Source of the DNA: a virus
Length of the DNA: 64,000 nt
Strand: one strand, 5' to 3'
IMG/VR virus record: IMGVR_UViG_3300006920_000004
Span: 4,110 to 68,109 of that record
Position 1 is the first letter of the stretch. Each line of letters opens with the position of its first letter. Below, one piece after another: positions 47,773 through 58,748 of this stretch. The position numbers and the translations under genes are program-made. Under the pieces are notes generated by a model. It saw only the letters and a list, made by a program, of their open reading frames with translations, was not told where the DNA came from and did not search any database.

Positions 47773-48801
47773 ATGAGTACAGAAGCAGAAAGACTTGCAG
47801 CAGAGTACATGGAGGAAAACTCCAAAAATGCTGACCCAATTGTAGTAGAAACGCCAGTTGAGGTAGAAAAACCAGTAGCAGTAGAACCTACAACAGTAGT
47901 AACAGAAGAAGTGGTAACACTAAAAACTGAAACAGAAGAAGTAGAAAAAATATCGCTCTTTGACAATATTGATAACCTAGACAAAACTGAAATTACAACG
48001 AAAGAAGTAACATCAGAATTGCCTGAAAGTATTAAAGCACAGTTAGCTGAATACGAAGCTTTAAAGGCTGAACGTGAAGCAGAGGTTAATTCAGACATGT
48101 ATAAACTACTTAAAAGCGGTTTAACATTAGAACAAATAGCTAATGGAATTACCAAAGTAGATTATTCAAGCTTTACTACTGCTGACTTAATTAAGTTAGA
48201 ATTAGAAAAAGCAGGATTAAGTGGCGATGACTTAGAAGCAGCAATAGAAGAAGAAGTAAGTGGATATAATTCACTAACACCTTTAGCTAAAGCAAAGTAC
48301 GACAACGATTTAAAATCTAACTACAAGACAGAAATTAAATACGATGAAGCTACTAAACTTTTAGAAGATACTTTAAAAGCAAATGCTAGTAATAAACCTT
48401 TAAGCCAAGAAGCATATATAAAGCAACAAGAAGAAGAAACCGCTGCTAATATTAAGGCTGACATCGAAAGCATAGATAAATACTTAGGTATTTTAAAAGG
48501 CAAAGGAGAATTAGACGATGCAACAGTAGAAGCAATTAAAAATAGCTATAACTTTAACAAAAGTATTGGCTACTTAAATGGCGATAAGTTCGATGCGTTA
48601 TTATTTATAAAAAACGAATATAAAATACAAAACTTTGAAAAAGCAGTAGCAGAAGCAGAGAAAAGAGTCTTTGAAAAAGCAGCTAAGAAATTCGGTAACC
48701 CCGAACAACATGGCGGAGGAGGAGGAGTAGGCACAGATAAAACGCCTGACCAAATCTATGAAGAATACTTGAGCAATGCAACTAAACCAAAATATAATTA
48801 A
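47773..48801 (+). CDS. Capsid scaffolding-like protein
   Basis: Acidic, helical, immediately upstream of the capsid gene. Confidence 0.7.
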   Translation: MSTEAERLAAEYMEENSKNADPIVVETPVEVEKPVAVEPTTVVTEEVVTLKTETEEVEKISLFDNIDNLDKTEITTKEVTSELPESIKAQLAEYEALKAEREAEVNSDMYKLLKSGLTLEQIANGITKVDYSSFTTADLIKLELEKAGLSGDDLEAAIEEEVSGYNSLTPLAKAKYDNDLKSNYKTEIKYDEATKLLEDTLKANASNKPLSQEAYIKQQEEETAANIKADIESIDKYLGILKGKGELDDATVEAIKNSYNFNKSIGYLNGDKFDALLFIKNEYKIQNFEKAVAEAEKRVFEKAAKKFGNPEQHGGGGGVGTDKTPDQIYEEYLSNATKPKYN

Positions 48802-48827
48802 GAAACTTTAAAAACCAAAAATAAAGA

Positions 48828-50144
48828 ATGAATACAATCCCAATAGGGCAAAACGCAGGTAGCATTTTTGATGCAGCGAATTTTACCCCGTTACAAGTTT
48901 ACAACTTAGTAACTCAAACAAACAAGGCATTTAAAATGGGTCAAGCCAATATGCCAAAAGTAATGCGTGAACTATCAAAATTAAATGGTTCTACGGGTTC
49001 AATTTTAAGTGGTACAAGAACTTACAAGTTCCCTCGTATCGGAAACCAATTCCCTTACGCTGTAAGTGGACAAGCTGCTGCATTATCAAACAATAACAAG
49101 ACTGCTACAATTACTTTAACTGATTCAAGTTATAAAGAAATTGGAGTAGGTTCTTACATTTCTGATACTACAACAGGTGTTTCATGTAAAGTAACAGCTA
49201 TCTCGGCAGGTGTTATCACAGCAGATTTATCGTTTAGCCCTAGTGGTTCAACAGTATTAACTGCAAATGATTTTGCTGCTAACAACCAAATATCTTTCAT
49301 AGGATATAACGGTGGAACTAGAGTTTACAAAGCGCAAGAGCAAGGAACTCCTTTACCTCATTACGACACTTACCAAATCGGTCAATTTACAGCAGATGCT
49401 TTTGTTAAGGCTGAAGATGCAAATCAAGCTACTTGGTTCAAGTTAAACGGTCAGAACTACTACGCTGCTAAAGAAGAAATGTACAAAATTGATTTAATGC
49501 ACTCTGCAATGTACAACTATTACTTAGGTAATTATGGTGCAATCAGTGGCGAAAATCCTTTACCTGCATCTTTCTTAAATCAATTGAAACAGTATGGTGC
49601 AATGACTCAATCAAAAGCAGCTAACTTATCATTAAATGATTTTGAAGATATTGCTACTGACTTTATGCGTCAAGGTGCTGTAAGTGATGGTACTGAAATG
49701 TTTGTTTTCTGTGGTTTAGACTACGCTAAAAACATCTCAAGAGTATTAAGACCTTACGTTTCTACTGCTGGTACAAACAACATTTTAAAAGCTACAAGTG
49801 GTTTAGATATTCGTAGATTTGAAGTATCGGGCTTAGTATTAAACGTAGTTGTTGAAATGTACTTTGAAAACAAAAACCAAGTAGGAGCAGGTAAATCTGA
49901 TTCAGCTTATTGGGTTTGTGCAGACGGTGCTTATTCAGAAGATGGAAAATACATTCCACCAATTGTAGATGTGTATTACGGACAAGAAGGATTACAAAGA
50001 AGTGTAATTTTAGGAAAGAAAGATTTAATGGGTAAACACGTTGCAAATCCTGTAAACGACCAACCATTCAGTCAAGTAAGTTTTGAAATGAACTCGGCTA
50101 AAGTAATTACAGATGTTCAAAAATGTATGTATCACGGTAATTAA
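48828..50144 (+). CDS. Major capsid protein
   Basis: 438 aa after the scaffold gene; codon usage of a highly expressed gene. Confidence 0.75.
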   Translation: MNTIPIGQNAGSIFDAANFTPLQVYNLVTQTNKAFKMGQANMPKVMRELSKLNGSTGSILSGTRTYKFPRIGNQFPYAVSGQAAALSNNNKTATITLTDSSYKEIGVGSYISDTTTGVSCKVTAISAGVITADLSFSPSGSTVLTANDFAANNQISFIGYNGGTRVYKAQEQGTPLPHYDTYQIGQFTADAFVKAEDANQATWFKLNGQNYYAAKEEMYKIDLMHSAMYNYYLGNYGAISGENPLPASFLNQLKQYGAMTQSKAANLSLNDFEDIATDFMRQGAVSDGTEMFVFCGLDYAKNISRVLRPYVSTAGTNNILKATSGLDIRRFEVSGLVLNVVVEMYFENKNQVGAGKSDSAYWVCADGAYSEDGKYIPPIVDVYYGQEGLQRSVILGKKDLMGKHVANPVNDQPFSQVSFEMNSAKVITDVQKCMYHGN

Positions 50145-50171
50145 TTTTTAACCAATTAAATAAATAACGAA

Positions 50172-51209
50172 ATGACAATTTTAAGACAATCAATAATTTT
50201 AAATACATTAGCGGATAACGCTGCTGATGCGTTTGTAGATGCCAATGGCTTTCTACAATTAACGGGTGCAGCTTATGGCGCACCTAAAGCAACTGCTTGT
50301 TCATTAACAAGACAAAATGCAGTTTCAGAAATATTAGGTGTTGTTACTACTACTTTTACAGCAGTAAGTGGACAAACTTATATTTTGAAAGTATTTGGTG
50401 GTAATGCAATTCAAGGTGGTTACAATGCTTCGGTTAAGACTTACACTTATACTGCTAGTGCAACTGACACAGCAACAACTATTGGAGATGTATTCAGAGC
50501 ATTTATTAATGCTGACGTAAACATTTTAAACATAGTTGCTACTGGTACTACTACTTTAATTTGTACTGCTAAAACAGGTTTTGCAGAAATATTCTGTACA
50601 ACTACTACTGCTAACACATCTATTGTACAAACTACCGCAGGTGTACCAAGCGTAGGACAAGGAACAGTATTAGCTACTGACCTTAACTTTGTAGCAAGTA
50701 CTACTTACGGTACATTTACCGCAGGTGCTACTTACACACGTTGGAACATTAGTTGGTCAACACCTAATACAATAGCTGCTCCTTCAAGCAACACAATTGC
50801 TAACAATGAGTATGTATTGTTTATTAACAACGCAGCAACTTCAAGTGGTTCATTAAGTGCAGCTACTAACTTAAACTTTATTCAAAACACTTCTTACGGT
50901 ACTTTAACTTTACTACAAGCAGGTTACAGAGCAAGTTTAATTGCATTAGGAGATGCTACTACTACCGCAGCTATATCAGTAACAACTGGTGCAATCGCTT
51001 TAGCAACAGGAACAGATACTTTAGCTTCTTTAGGAGTTCAAAGTGGGGATTTCTTAGTTTTAGCAGCATCAGGTACAACAGCTTTCACTACAACTGTTAA
51101 TACTAAGGTTCTTGGTGTAACAGGTGCAGCAGCAGGTTTCGGTACAAACATTGTAGCACAATCTGCTGTATTGTTTAAAGCTATATCGGTTCGTAACTTA
51201 CCTCGTTAA
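50172..51209 (+). CDS. Auxiliary capsid/decoration protein
   Basis: Thr/Ala-rich, follows the capsid gene, followed by a terminator. Confidence 0.6.
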   Translation: MTILRQSIILNTLADNAADAFVDANGFLQLTGAAYGAPKATACSLTRQNAVSEILGVVTTTFTAVSGQTYILKVFGGNAIQGGYNASVKTYTYTASATDTATTIGDVFRAFINADVNILNIVATGTTTLICTAKTGFAEIFCTTTTANTSIVQTTAGVPSVGQGTVLATDLNFVASTTYGTFTAGATYTRWNISWSTPNTIAAPSSNTIANNEYVLFINNAATSSGSLSAATNLNFIQNTSYGTLTLLQAGYRASLIALGDATTTAAISVTTGAIALATGTDTLASLGVQSGDFLVLAASGTTAFTTTVNTKVLGVTGAAAGFGTNIVAQSAVLFKAISVRNLPR

Positions 51210-51218
51210 TTAATAATA

Positions 51219-51300
51219 AAAACATACATTATTTGTTTCCATGCTTGTAATGTTTGTTTTCTTCCAACACAATAACCTCCGATAAGGGGGTTTTTGTGTT
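51219..51300 (+). terminator. Structured 3' UTR and terminator of the capsid operon
   Basis: Hairpin AAAACATACATTA/TAATGTTTGTTTT, then AACCTCC-GATAA-GGGGGTT with a T tract. Confidence 0.7.
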
Positions 51301-51368
51301 TTATTACATATTGCGATATGCGATTAAAACTTTATAATTTATAATTAAAATTTGGTTATCTTTGCTGT

Positions 51369-54300
51369 ATGCAATCAAGCCAATTAAACGACTTATCAAA
51401 GGGTATGAATAGAGATACGGATTATCCCTCAATGCCCGATAATTACTATCCGTATGCCAATGATTTGGAACAAATAAGCGATGAAGAATTTGCTTCAAAT
51501 ATTAAAAATAGCAAAGCAGGAACACTTCAAATAACAAAAGTACCTAACGCAACTCCTCAAACAATTATGTTTAGAGTAAGAACTTACTCTGATTTAGGTC
51601 AAGCAATAGGTGGTCAATATTGGACAAATCAAACATTTGTTCTTAAAGATGCTAATGGCGTACAAGTAGGCTCATCACTTGTAATTGCAAATTTATTAGG
51701 TAATGCTGTTACAAATACTGACTTTAAAACTTACTTAGATACTGAATTTGCAGGGAATGGAACAGTAGCCTTACAAGGAACAAGTGTACTATACACAACT
51801 ATTACATTAACTTCTCCTATATACAATTCAGTAGTTAGTTGTACTCAACAAGTAGTTATAAATGGAGTTGCTGATGTTAAGATTAACGAACTTGTAGTTA
51901 TTAGAGAATTAATCACTACTGAAACAGAATTAGAACCACTTGCTTACGTTAATAGTCAAAATTTAGGGTTTATATTAAGTGTAAGCGCAGATAATACTAT
52001 TACAGAACTTGGTGTAGTAGATGAAGATAATAATTGGACTTACACAAGGTTACTAAGAACAAAAAACTTTATATTAAGCAAAACACAACCTATTAAATTT
52101 ATAGTAGAACAACAAAACGATGGCGTATATGCTTTATATTTTACTGACAACACTATCAAGGATAAATGTATTTACGTTCCACCTGCTTTAACACAAGATT
52201 GTTGTTTAACATACAACCCTACAAATATTCAAGTAGCAGGAAAAGGAATATATAATTTAGTAAAAACCGATGCTCAAACTAACAGCCAATTAGTAAATAA
52301 TATTGGATATGTCAGTTATAAAAATACGCTACAAAGCGGTGGTGGCTTACTTACAGGAGGAAAAAGATATGTGTGTAGGTTTGGAATAAATGGTTCTAAC
52401 ATAACTACTCAATGGAGTATGTTAAGCAATATTGTTCCCGTAATAGCTGCAAGTGCTGATAGTGGACTTGCATGGGTAAGTACGGAAGGAACACCAAGTG
52501 GAACACCTACAAGCAAACAAAATATATTAACAATTAATAATGCACAAGCAGACGTATTTAATTTTGTAGAATTAGCAGTTGTAAACTATACTGCTCAAAA
52601 TGCAAGTAGTGCAGAAATAGTTGGAAGGTTTGATGTATTAGCAGAAAGCTTTGATATTATTCATAGTGGTTTAGAACAAACAACATTATTGGATGTTGTA
52701 AGCCTTATAGAAGCCGAACCTATAATTCTTAAAGTAAAAGACATTGAAACTAAAAAGAATAGAATAAACAGAGCAAATATAGTAACTGCTAACGAAGATG
52801 CTAAGTGGCAGGCAATAGCTGAAAATGCAGTTGTTACTACTCAAAGATTTTCAGATAGTTTGAGTAATACAGGAATATTAGCAACAGGCGTTGGTAATGT
52901 TAGATTTTGGGGATATTCTCAATACAGTACATTTCTTAGTATAGCTAATGGCAATAAAAGAGTATTATCTTTAGTACCTAATTCAATATTAGGAGTTACT
53001 CCATCTCCTTTTGTTCAGTCAACTGGTGCTTATACTGTAACAAGTGCTGATGAGCCTGTTTTACAAATGAATTTAACAGCTTACGGAACAATACAAGGCT
53101 CATCAGACGGTCTTTCTAATTTTAATATGTATTTTGTTGTTTATAAAGCAGGAGTCGAAGTTGCATCAATACTTATGGCAGACTTTAAGCGTAACAACGA
53201 TTCAATTCAAACCATTTATAATGTTAGTGTAAATACTTTGATAAATGTCAATGTTGCATTAGGAGATGTACTAGAATTTAAATATCAATTTTATTCGGCA
53301 GATGGAAATGCACAATTTACTCTGAATCAAGATGGTATAAATTTGCGTATAAATCAAGTAGGTAGTCAAAGTGCAACACAGTTTAAGGGTACACAAGTAG
53401 GCGAGTATCAAATACCTTATAACGTAGCAAACAGAACAGGCTATATGTTATACGAATACTACATGACTTATGTTAGATTTCATTTAAAGAATGGTTACAT
53501 TACAGCACCATATCCTTTAGGAAAATACTATATAGACAATGCTACATACAAACGAGGTTTAGTTCAAATATTACCAACAGACCCTAAAACCCCGTTTACC
53601 GATACAAGCACATTATATAATAGAAAAGTATATAATTATGCTTTAAGCGTAGCTAATTTAGACCTTTTTTACGTTAAAGATGAATTATTAGGAGTAAGTT
53701 TTGAAAGAAGCGAACCTTTAAACACAGTTATTGGAAGTGGTATATACCACAATGCAAGAGTAGTAGATGGAGATACTTACACCTCTGGAAAAGATTATGT
53801 AGGAGGAGTATTGTCTGATACATCGTCTTTAAGAAAGTTTGGTCTATTCTTAAGTAATGACTTAGATAATCAAGTAATAAAGTATAGTAAAGGCGATTAC
53901 TTAAAGCTATTAGGCTTACCTAGAGTGTTAGGATACAATGACAATTACAAAAGCGGAAATGACAAAACAGGTGTTATTACAGAATTATTAGGAAGTGTTT
54001 TTAATGGCTCTGTTGGTGCACCAGAAGAAGACGATATGACTTTAGCTACTTACCCAATTGAAGATAGTTCAACTATTGACTTTAATTCAGTAGGTAATAC
54101 TATTTATAACACAACAGCAGATTTATATTACAAACCAAGTACAAGCACCTTAAATAATGCTTATACTAACGCAAAAGGAGTAGCAGTAGCAACAACTAAT
54201 TATGTAGCTACTAAATTCTTTACAGCTAATGATAAAAATACTTTTATAGCATTTTATATTAGACCTATTAATTTAAGCACAATAGATTATAAAAATTATA

Positions 54301-55952
54301 AGCCAATTCCAACAGGAGAAATAGTAAGGATTACATCATCAACTCCAGACGTACTACCTGCTACAACATTTTATGGCGGAGATACTTATACTCAAAAAGT
54401 AATAAGAAAAGAAGCTAGTTGGTACACAAATCCAATTAACACAGCAACAATACCAACTCCTCCTCAAGAAGTAGTAAGTACCATAATTACGTTTTATGCA
54501 CAAAACAGATTGAATAGTCAATTGTTTTATACAGATACCACTGCACCAAAGGCAACATGGAACTTACAAGGAAGTAAAAGTTTATACCAATACTTATTTC
54601 CATTTGCTAATTCAAGTGAATTAGTAGATGAACAACATAACTTTGATAAGTCTTACATAGGAGCAAATCAAGTAAATAGAATTAGCCCTTACAATCCTTT
54701 ACTACCATATCCTACAAGTAACCCTACAAGAATATACTACTCTGATGAGAAAGCAGTAGGTAGTTTGTACGATGCGTACAGAAAAGTTAAGCCATTAAAC
54801 TTTGTAGATTTAGAACTTCAAAACGGTGCTATTACAGCAATATTTGACATTAGAGATGTAATGGTAGTTATTCAACCAAACTTTGTAGGAGCAATTCCTT
54901 ACGCTGCTGATACTATGATACAAAGTGATAATACTGCTAAAATATTAGTAGGAAGTGGGACTGTGTATAGTAATAGAGTTTATCCACTATCAAGTTTTGG
55001 AACAGAATTAAAAACAGCTACTTTAAAAGGATATAACGTAAACGGAAACCCTCAAGTATATTGGCTAAGCAAAGACTTTACTAACATTAATCGTTACGAT
55101 TATAGTGGAGTAAAAATACTTACAGACCAGAATAGTATGAGAACATTTATTAAAAACAATGTAGCGCATATTAAGAATGAGTTTGATGTAAACTTATACT
55201 ACGATGTTAATAAAAGTGATGTAACAGTAACAGCAAGGGCAAGTAAAATATTTCCTAATTGGATAAGTAATTATCCTTATGTAGTAGGTGACACAGTATC
55301 ATTTGGAGGGGAAGGATATTATCCAGAAGGAGATTTTGAGAAAATTAATGCAACTTATGTGTGTAAAAACAATGTTACAAGTACAGTAAATCCATTTTTA
55401 GACTCAACATTAAGTACAAGCAATTGGACACGAAAAGAATTTACAGACAATGCTTACTACAATCATTGGAGTTTAATCTTTAACGAAGTGGATAATATGT
55501 TCTTAACTTTCCTAAGTGCTTTACAAAAAAGATACTTTACTCACAATAAACGAATATTTACACCGAGAGGAATAAGTGAATTTGGTAGAATTTATGAGAT
55601 AAACGTAGGTGAACCACTAAAGTTCTTTGAACAGAATGGAACTTGGAAACAAGGTCAGTTTTGTTTAGACATTCTTATTAATAAAGGTGGAGCATTTAAA
55701 AGATTTATAACAATAACTCTTGAAAATGGTACTTACGCAATAATAGATGCCGATGTAACTACTGAAACTGATACTAATTTCAGTACTTGTACCGAACATG
55801 AAGCAAGAGCAAATATTACCTACTACCCTATACAGCCTGATTTTAATAATGAATTATTTGGAACTTACTTATTAGTAAAAATTAGAAGTTATGATTTAGT
55901 AAAAATAAGAAGTATTAGCGGAATATTTAATAATATTAACATAAGACGATAA
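51369..55952 (+). CDS. Tail muzzle/stabilisation protein (crAss-like)
   Basis: 1527 aa; KGMN.D N-terminus, GGDTY, RIYYSD...D.YR...NF.DL...G.IT motifs. Confidence 0.7.
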   Translation: MQSSQLNDLSKGMNRDTDYPSMPDNYYPYANDLEQISDEEFASNIKNSKAGTLQITKVPNATPQTIMFRVRTYSDLGQAIGGQYWTNQTFVLKDANGVQVGSSLVIANLLGNAVTNTDFKTYLDTEFAGNGTVALQGTSVLYTTITLTSPIYNSVVSCTQQVVINGVADVKINELVVIRELITTETELEPLAYVNSQNLGFILSVSADNTITELGVVDEDNNWTYTRLLRTKNFILSKTQPIKFIVEQQNDGVYALYFTDNTIKDKCIYVPPALTQDCCLTYNPTNIQVAGKGIYNLVKTDAQTNSQLVNNIGYVSYKNTLQSGGGLLTGGKRYVCRFGINGSNITTQWSMLSNIVPVIAASADSGLAWVSTEGTPSGTPTSKQNILTINNAQADVFNFVELAVVNYTAQNASSAEIVGRFDVLAESFDIIHSGLEQTTLLDVVSLIEAEPIILKVKDIETKKNRINRANIVTANEDAKWQAIAENAVVTTQRFSDSLSNTGILATGVGNVRFWGYSQYSTFLSIANGNKRVLSLVPNSILGVTPSPFVQSTGAYTVTSADEPVLQMNLTAYGTIQGSSDGLSNFNMYFVVYKAGVEVASILMADFKRNNDSIQTIYNVSVNTLINVNVALGDVLEFKYQFYSADGNAQFTLNQDGINLRINQVGSQSATQFKGTQVGEYQIPYNVANRTGYMLYEYYMTYVRFHLKNGYITAPYPLGKYYIDNATYKRGLVQILPTDPKTPFTDTSTLYNRKVYNYALSVANLDLFYVKDELLGVSFERSEPLNTVIGSGIYHNARVVDGDTYTSGKDYVGGVLSDTSSLRKFGLFLSNDLDNQVIKYSKGDYLKLLGLPRVLGYNDNYKSGNDKTGVITELLGSVFNGSVGAPEEDDMTLATYPIEDSSTIDFNSVGNTIYNTTADLYYKPSTSTLNNAYTNAKGVAVATTNYVATKFFTANDKNTFIAFYIRPINLSTIDYKNYKPIPTGEIVRITSSTPDVLPATTFYGGDTYTQKVIRKEASWYTNPINTATIPTPPQEVVSTIITFYAQNRLNSQLFYTDTTAPKATWNLQGSKSLYQYLFPFANSSELVDEQHNFDKSYIGANQVNRISPYNPLLPYPTSNPTRIYYSDEKAVGSLYDAYRKVKPLNFVDLELQNGAITAIFDIRDVMVVIQPNFVGAIPYAADTMIQSDNTAKILVGSGTVYSNRVYPLSSFGTELKTATLKGYNVNGNPQVYWLSKDFTNINRYDYSGVKILTDQNSMRTFIKNNVAHIKNEFDVNLYYDVNKSDVTVTARASKIFPNWISNYPYVVGDTVSFGGEGYYPEGDFEKINATYVCKNNVTSTVNPFLDSTLSTSNWTRKEFTDNAYYNHWSLIFNEVDNMFLTFLSALQKRYFTHNKRIFTPRGISEFGRIYEINVGEPLKFFEQNGTWKQGQFCLDILINKGGAFKRFITITLENGTYAIIDADVTTETDTNFSTCTEHEARANITYYPIQPDFNNELFGTYLLVKIRSYDLVKIRSISGIFNNINIRR

Positions 55953-56010
55953 TAATCTTGTTTTAATGAAAAAAAAATTGCAAATTTGTAGTATTAAATA
56001 ATTTATAAAA

Positions 56011-56391
56011 ATGGCAGCACCAACTAAAATGAAAGTTAGAGAAAACTTTCAATCATATAGTGAAGTAAGTAAAGAATTTCCTATACTTATAGCAACAGTT
56101 GAAGAAGGATTAATGCAAAAAGTTAGTTCTGAAAACCTTGATAAAATAAGTGGTAGTGGAGGATTTAAATACTTTGGAACAACCGCCCAAACAAGTGTGG
56201 CTTATAAAAGTCTTGTAATTAATACTGATGCTGTATTTACTTCTATTACTGTTAGTGATGGAACTACATTAACTAATTTAGGATTAAATGGAGCTGTTAC
56301 TGTAAGTGCTGGTATATACTTACCAATGCCAATAGGTGTTACTATTACAGCAGTAACTTTAACAAGTGGTTCGGCAATCGGATATAACTAA
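56011..56391 (+). CDS. Structural protein
   Basis: C-terminal TAVTLTSGSAIGY beta motif. Confidence 0.55.
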   Translation: MAAPTKMKVRENFQSYSEVSKEFPILIATVEEGLMQKVSSENLDKISGSGGFKYFGTTAQTSVAYKSLVINTDAVFTSITVSDGTTLTNLGLNGAVTVSAGIYLPMPIGVTITAVTLTSGSAIGYN

Positions 56392-57836
56392 TGTTAGGGA
56401 TTAGCACTTCTAATTTAAGAGTAGGTGGATTTCGTGGTGGAATTTTAGCGGATTCTAAAACTATTTACAATCGTATAATAGCTGATGGTGGTGTATCAGA
56501 CTTAACTCGTTTAAACTTTTTTGTTAAAGGTTTGAAAACTATCTATGGCTCATTGGCAAACGTGCCTATTTGTCACGATGCTCATTGGATTGGTTACAAA
56601 TTAGGCAGTGGAACAGGCGCAACAGCAGGACAAGCAGCAGCGAAATTATATAGTTTAACAGTAGAAGGTGATGCATTGCAAACAACAGCAGCAAGTCAGC
56701 CATTGTTATTGAGTCATAATGGTGCAAGTAGTGATAATTATTGGTGGGGAAGTGGGGTAACAGGTAATTATGTAAGTACACCTGATGCAGTAGCAAATAG
56801 AATTTTAGGCGATACTGAAATAATAGCCAAATTGGAATTTAATTCTACAACTACTGCAAGAACAATTATTTCAAAGTGGGGAAATGGAACTAATTTAAAT
56901 TTTTTATTATACATCGGTTCTGATTCAAATATATATTTTGGACAATCAATAACAGGTATTCTTGATGTTTATGCAGTTACTTCTACACCACTAACTACTG
57001 CAATAAATACAGTTGTTTTTATAAAAGCAACAAGGGTTTCTTCAACAGGTGTTGTAACATTTTTTACAAGTTCAGATGGTATTACCTATACACAATTAGG
57101 AACACCAATTACATCGGTAACAGGAAATAGATTTAATTCAACTGCAAATTTAAATATTACTGCTTATGCTAATGGTATAGCTAATGCTTTTACAAGTATT
57201 ATAAAGATATATAGTGTAACAATAGCAAACTCAATCGGTGGCACACCTGTAGTTGACTTTAACCCTGCAACATACAACGCAGCTACAAGTCAAACTGCTT
57301 GGACAAGTGCAACAGGTGAAATCTGGACAATTTCAACGGGAACAGCAACAGTTGGTTATAAAGGGGTTTTAGTTTCAAGGACTATTGTTCAAGGTGATGG
57401 TGTTGATGATACTTTAATCAGTAGCACTTTAGCAAGTAGGCAATATTTTACAAGTATATTAGCAGTAAAAATGGCAATAACTGCAAATAAAAACATCTTG
57501 GGTTCTACATTAGATTCCCATTTAATATATACTGCGTCTAATTTATGGAGAGCATATAACGGAATAGAAATAACAGGAAGCGCAGCTAATACTACTTTAA
57601 ATATGGTAACTATTAATTTTAACAATTTAACAAGTAGTTTTATTTTAAACGCAAACACACCTGTAACAGGAATAACAGGATTGCAAACAAGCACAAATGT
57701 AAAGTTATTTGGTGGTGCTTCATCATTTGGAAACTCTACTATAAATACAGTTATACAATCATTGGCAGTAATTGATTCAACTCAACAAACTGCAACGTAT
57801 AATTTAATCCGTTCTCTAAATGAAAATGCTTTTTAA
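56391..57836 (+). CDS. Tail fibre/receptor-binding protein with a LamG/ConA-like domain
   Basis: Q..AASQP, IISKW, F.TS.DG..YTQLG, GDGVDD motifs. Confidence 0.7.
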   Translation: MLGISTSNLRVGGFRGGILADSKTIYNRIIADGGVSDLTRLNFFVKGLKTIYGSLANVPICHDAHWIGYKLGSGTGATAGQAAAKLYSLTVEGDALQTTAASQPLLLSHNGASSDNYWWGSGVTGNYVSTPDAVANRILGDTEIIAKLEFNSTTTARTIISKWGNGTNLNFLLYIGSDSNIYFGQSITGILDVYAVTSTPLTTAINTVVFIKATRVSSTGVVTFFTSSDGITYTQLGTPITSVTGNRFNSTANLNITAYANGIANAFTSIIKIYSVTIANSIGGTPVVDFNPATYNAATSQTAWTSATGEIWTISTGTATVGYKGVLVSRTIVQGDGVDDTLISSTLASRQYFTSILAVKMAITANKNILGSTLDSHLIYTASNLWRAYNGIEITGSAANTTLNMVTINFNNLTSSFILNANTPVTGITGLQTSTNVKLFGGASSFGNSTINTVIQSLAVIDSTQQTATYNLIRSLNENAF

Positions 57837-57885
57837 GTGGATATAAATGTATTGTAATTACCGAACATTTGACTATATTTGCATT

Positions 57886-58491
57886 ATGACAAAAATGATA
57901 CAAGTAAATAATGGACAAAGGTTTGGTCGTTATGAAGTAATTTTAAGGGTTGACAATGTAGATAGTAGACCACATTTTAAATGTAAATGTGATTGTGGTA
58001 ATGAAAGGATTGTTAGTGGTAAATATTTAAGACAAGGACTATCAAAATCCTGCGGATGTTATGGTGCTGAACAAAGAAAAAAAGCATCTACAACACACGG
58101 TCATTCTCCAAGATTAAAGCAATCAAGAGAATATCAAGCTTGGAGGAATATGAAGAATAGGTGTTTAGATATTAATAATAAACAATATGAAGATTATGGA
58201 GGTCGTGGAATTACTTTATGTAAAGAATGGCTAACATTTGAAAACTTTATCAATGATATGGGTTTAAGTAATGGTCTTACTATTGATAGAATAAATGTTA
58301 ATGGAAACTATGAAGCATCTAATTGCAAATGGTCAACAGTAAAAGAACAAGCAAGAAATAAACGTAATAACCATATTGTTTATTTAAATAATAAAGCAAT
58401 GACAATGATTGAAGCATCAGAAATTATGAACATAAAATATGATAGTTTGAGAATGAAACTAAAAAGAGCAAATACCAATATAATAAACTAA
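57886..58491 (+). CDS. Free-standing HNH endonuclease
   Basis: G.RFGR, CKCDCG, SKSCGC, W.NMK.RC, YGGRGI, TIDRINVNGNYE.SNC.W...EQ.RN; leaderless ATG at 57886. Confidence 0.9.
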   Translation: MTKMIQVNNGQRFGRYEVILRVDNVDSRPHFKCKCDCGNERIVSGKYLRQGLSKSCGCYGAEQRKKASTTHGHSPRLKQSREYQAWRNMKNRCLDINNKQYEDYGGRGITLCKEWLTFENFINDMGLSNGLTIDRINVNGNYEASNCKWSTVKEQARNKRNNHIVYLNNKAMTMIEASEIMNIKYDSLRMKLKRANTNIIN

Positions 58492-58748
58492 TGGAAGATT
58501 CAATTCAATACCCACGATTCTATAAATGCTTAACACTTGCTGAATTTAAGTTATTAGATGACAAATGTTGTGTTCTTTTAGGATTGCCAAACGATGAGGC
58601 AACTAATGATTATGCAAATCCAATTGTAGACATTCAAGGATTCAATTGGTTAGTGGTTAATACTGACATAGCAAGTTTATTTACTGAAGCAGAGATTGAT
58701 GCAATGGTGCAATACGATGAGATAGTTTTACCTGTTGTTAATCCGTAA
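58491..58748 (+). CDS. Hypothetical protein, possible tail-fibre partner
   Basis: 85 aa acidic; synteny. Confidence 0.5.
   Translation: MEDSIQYPRFYKCLTLAEFKLLDDKCCVLLGLPNDEATNDYANPIVDIQGFNWLVVNTDIASLFTEAEIDAMVQYDEIVLPVVNP

Noticed and set aside
47685-48155. N-terminal 157 aa of the 237-aa minus-strand ORF
   Set aside because: Antisense shadow of the scaffold gene; the promoter and start fit 47684.
22070-54760. Other CTGATGA matches as hammerheads (near 22079, 30204, 53048, 54742)
   Set aside because: Inside coding regions and lacking the stem II/GAAA/stem III arrangement.
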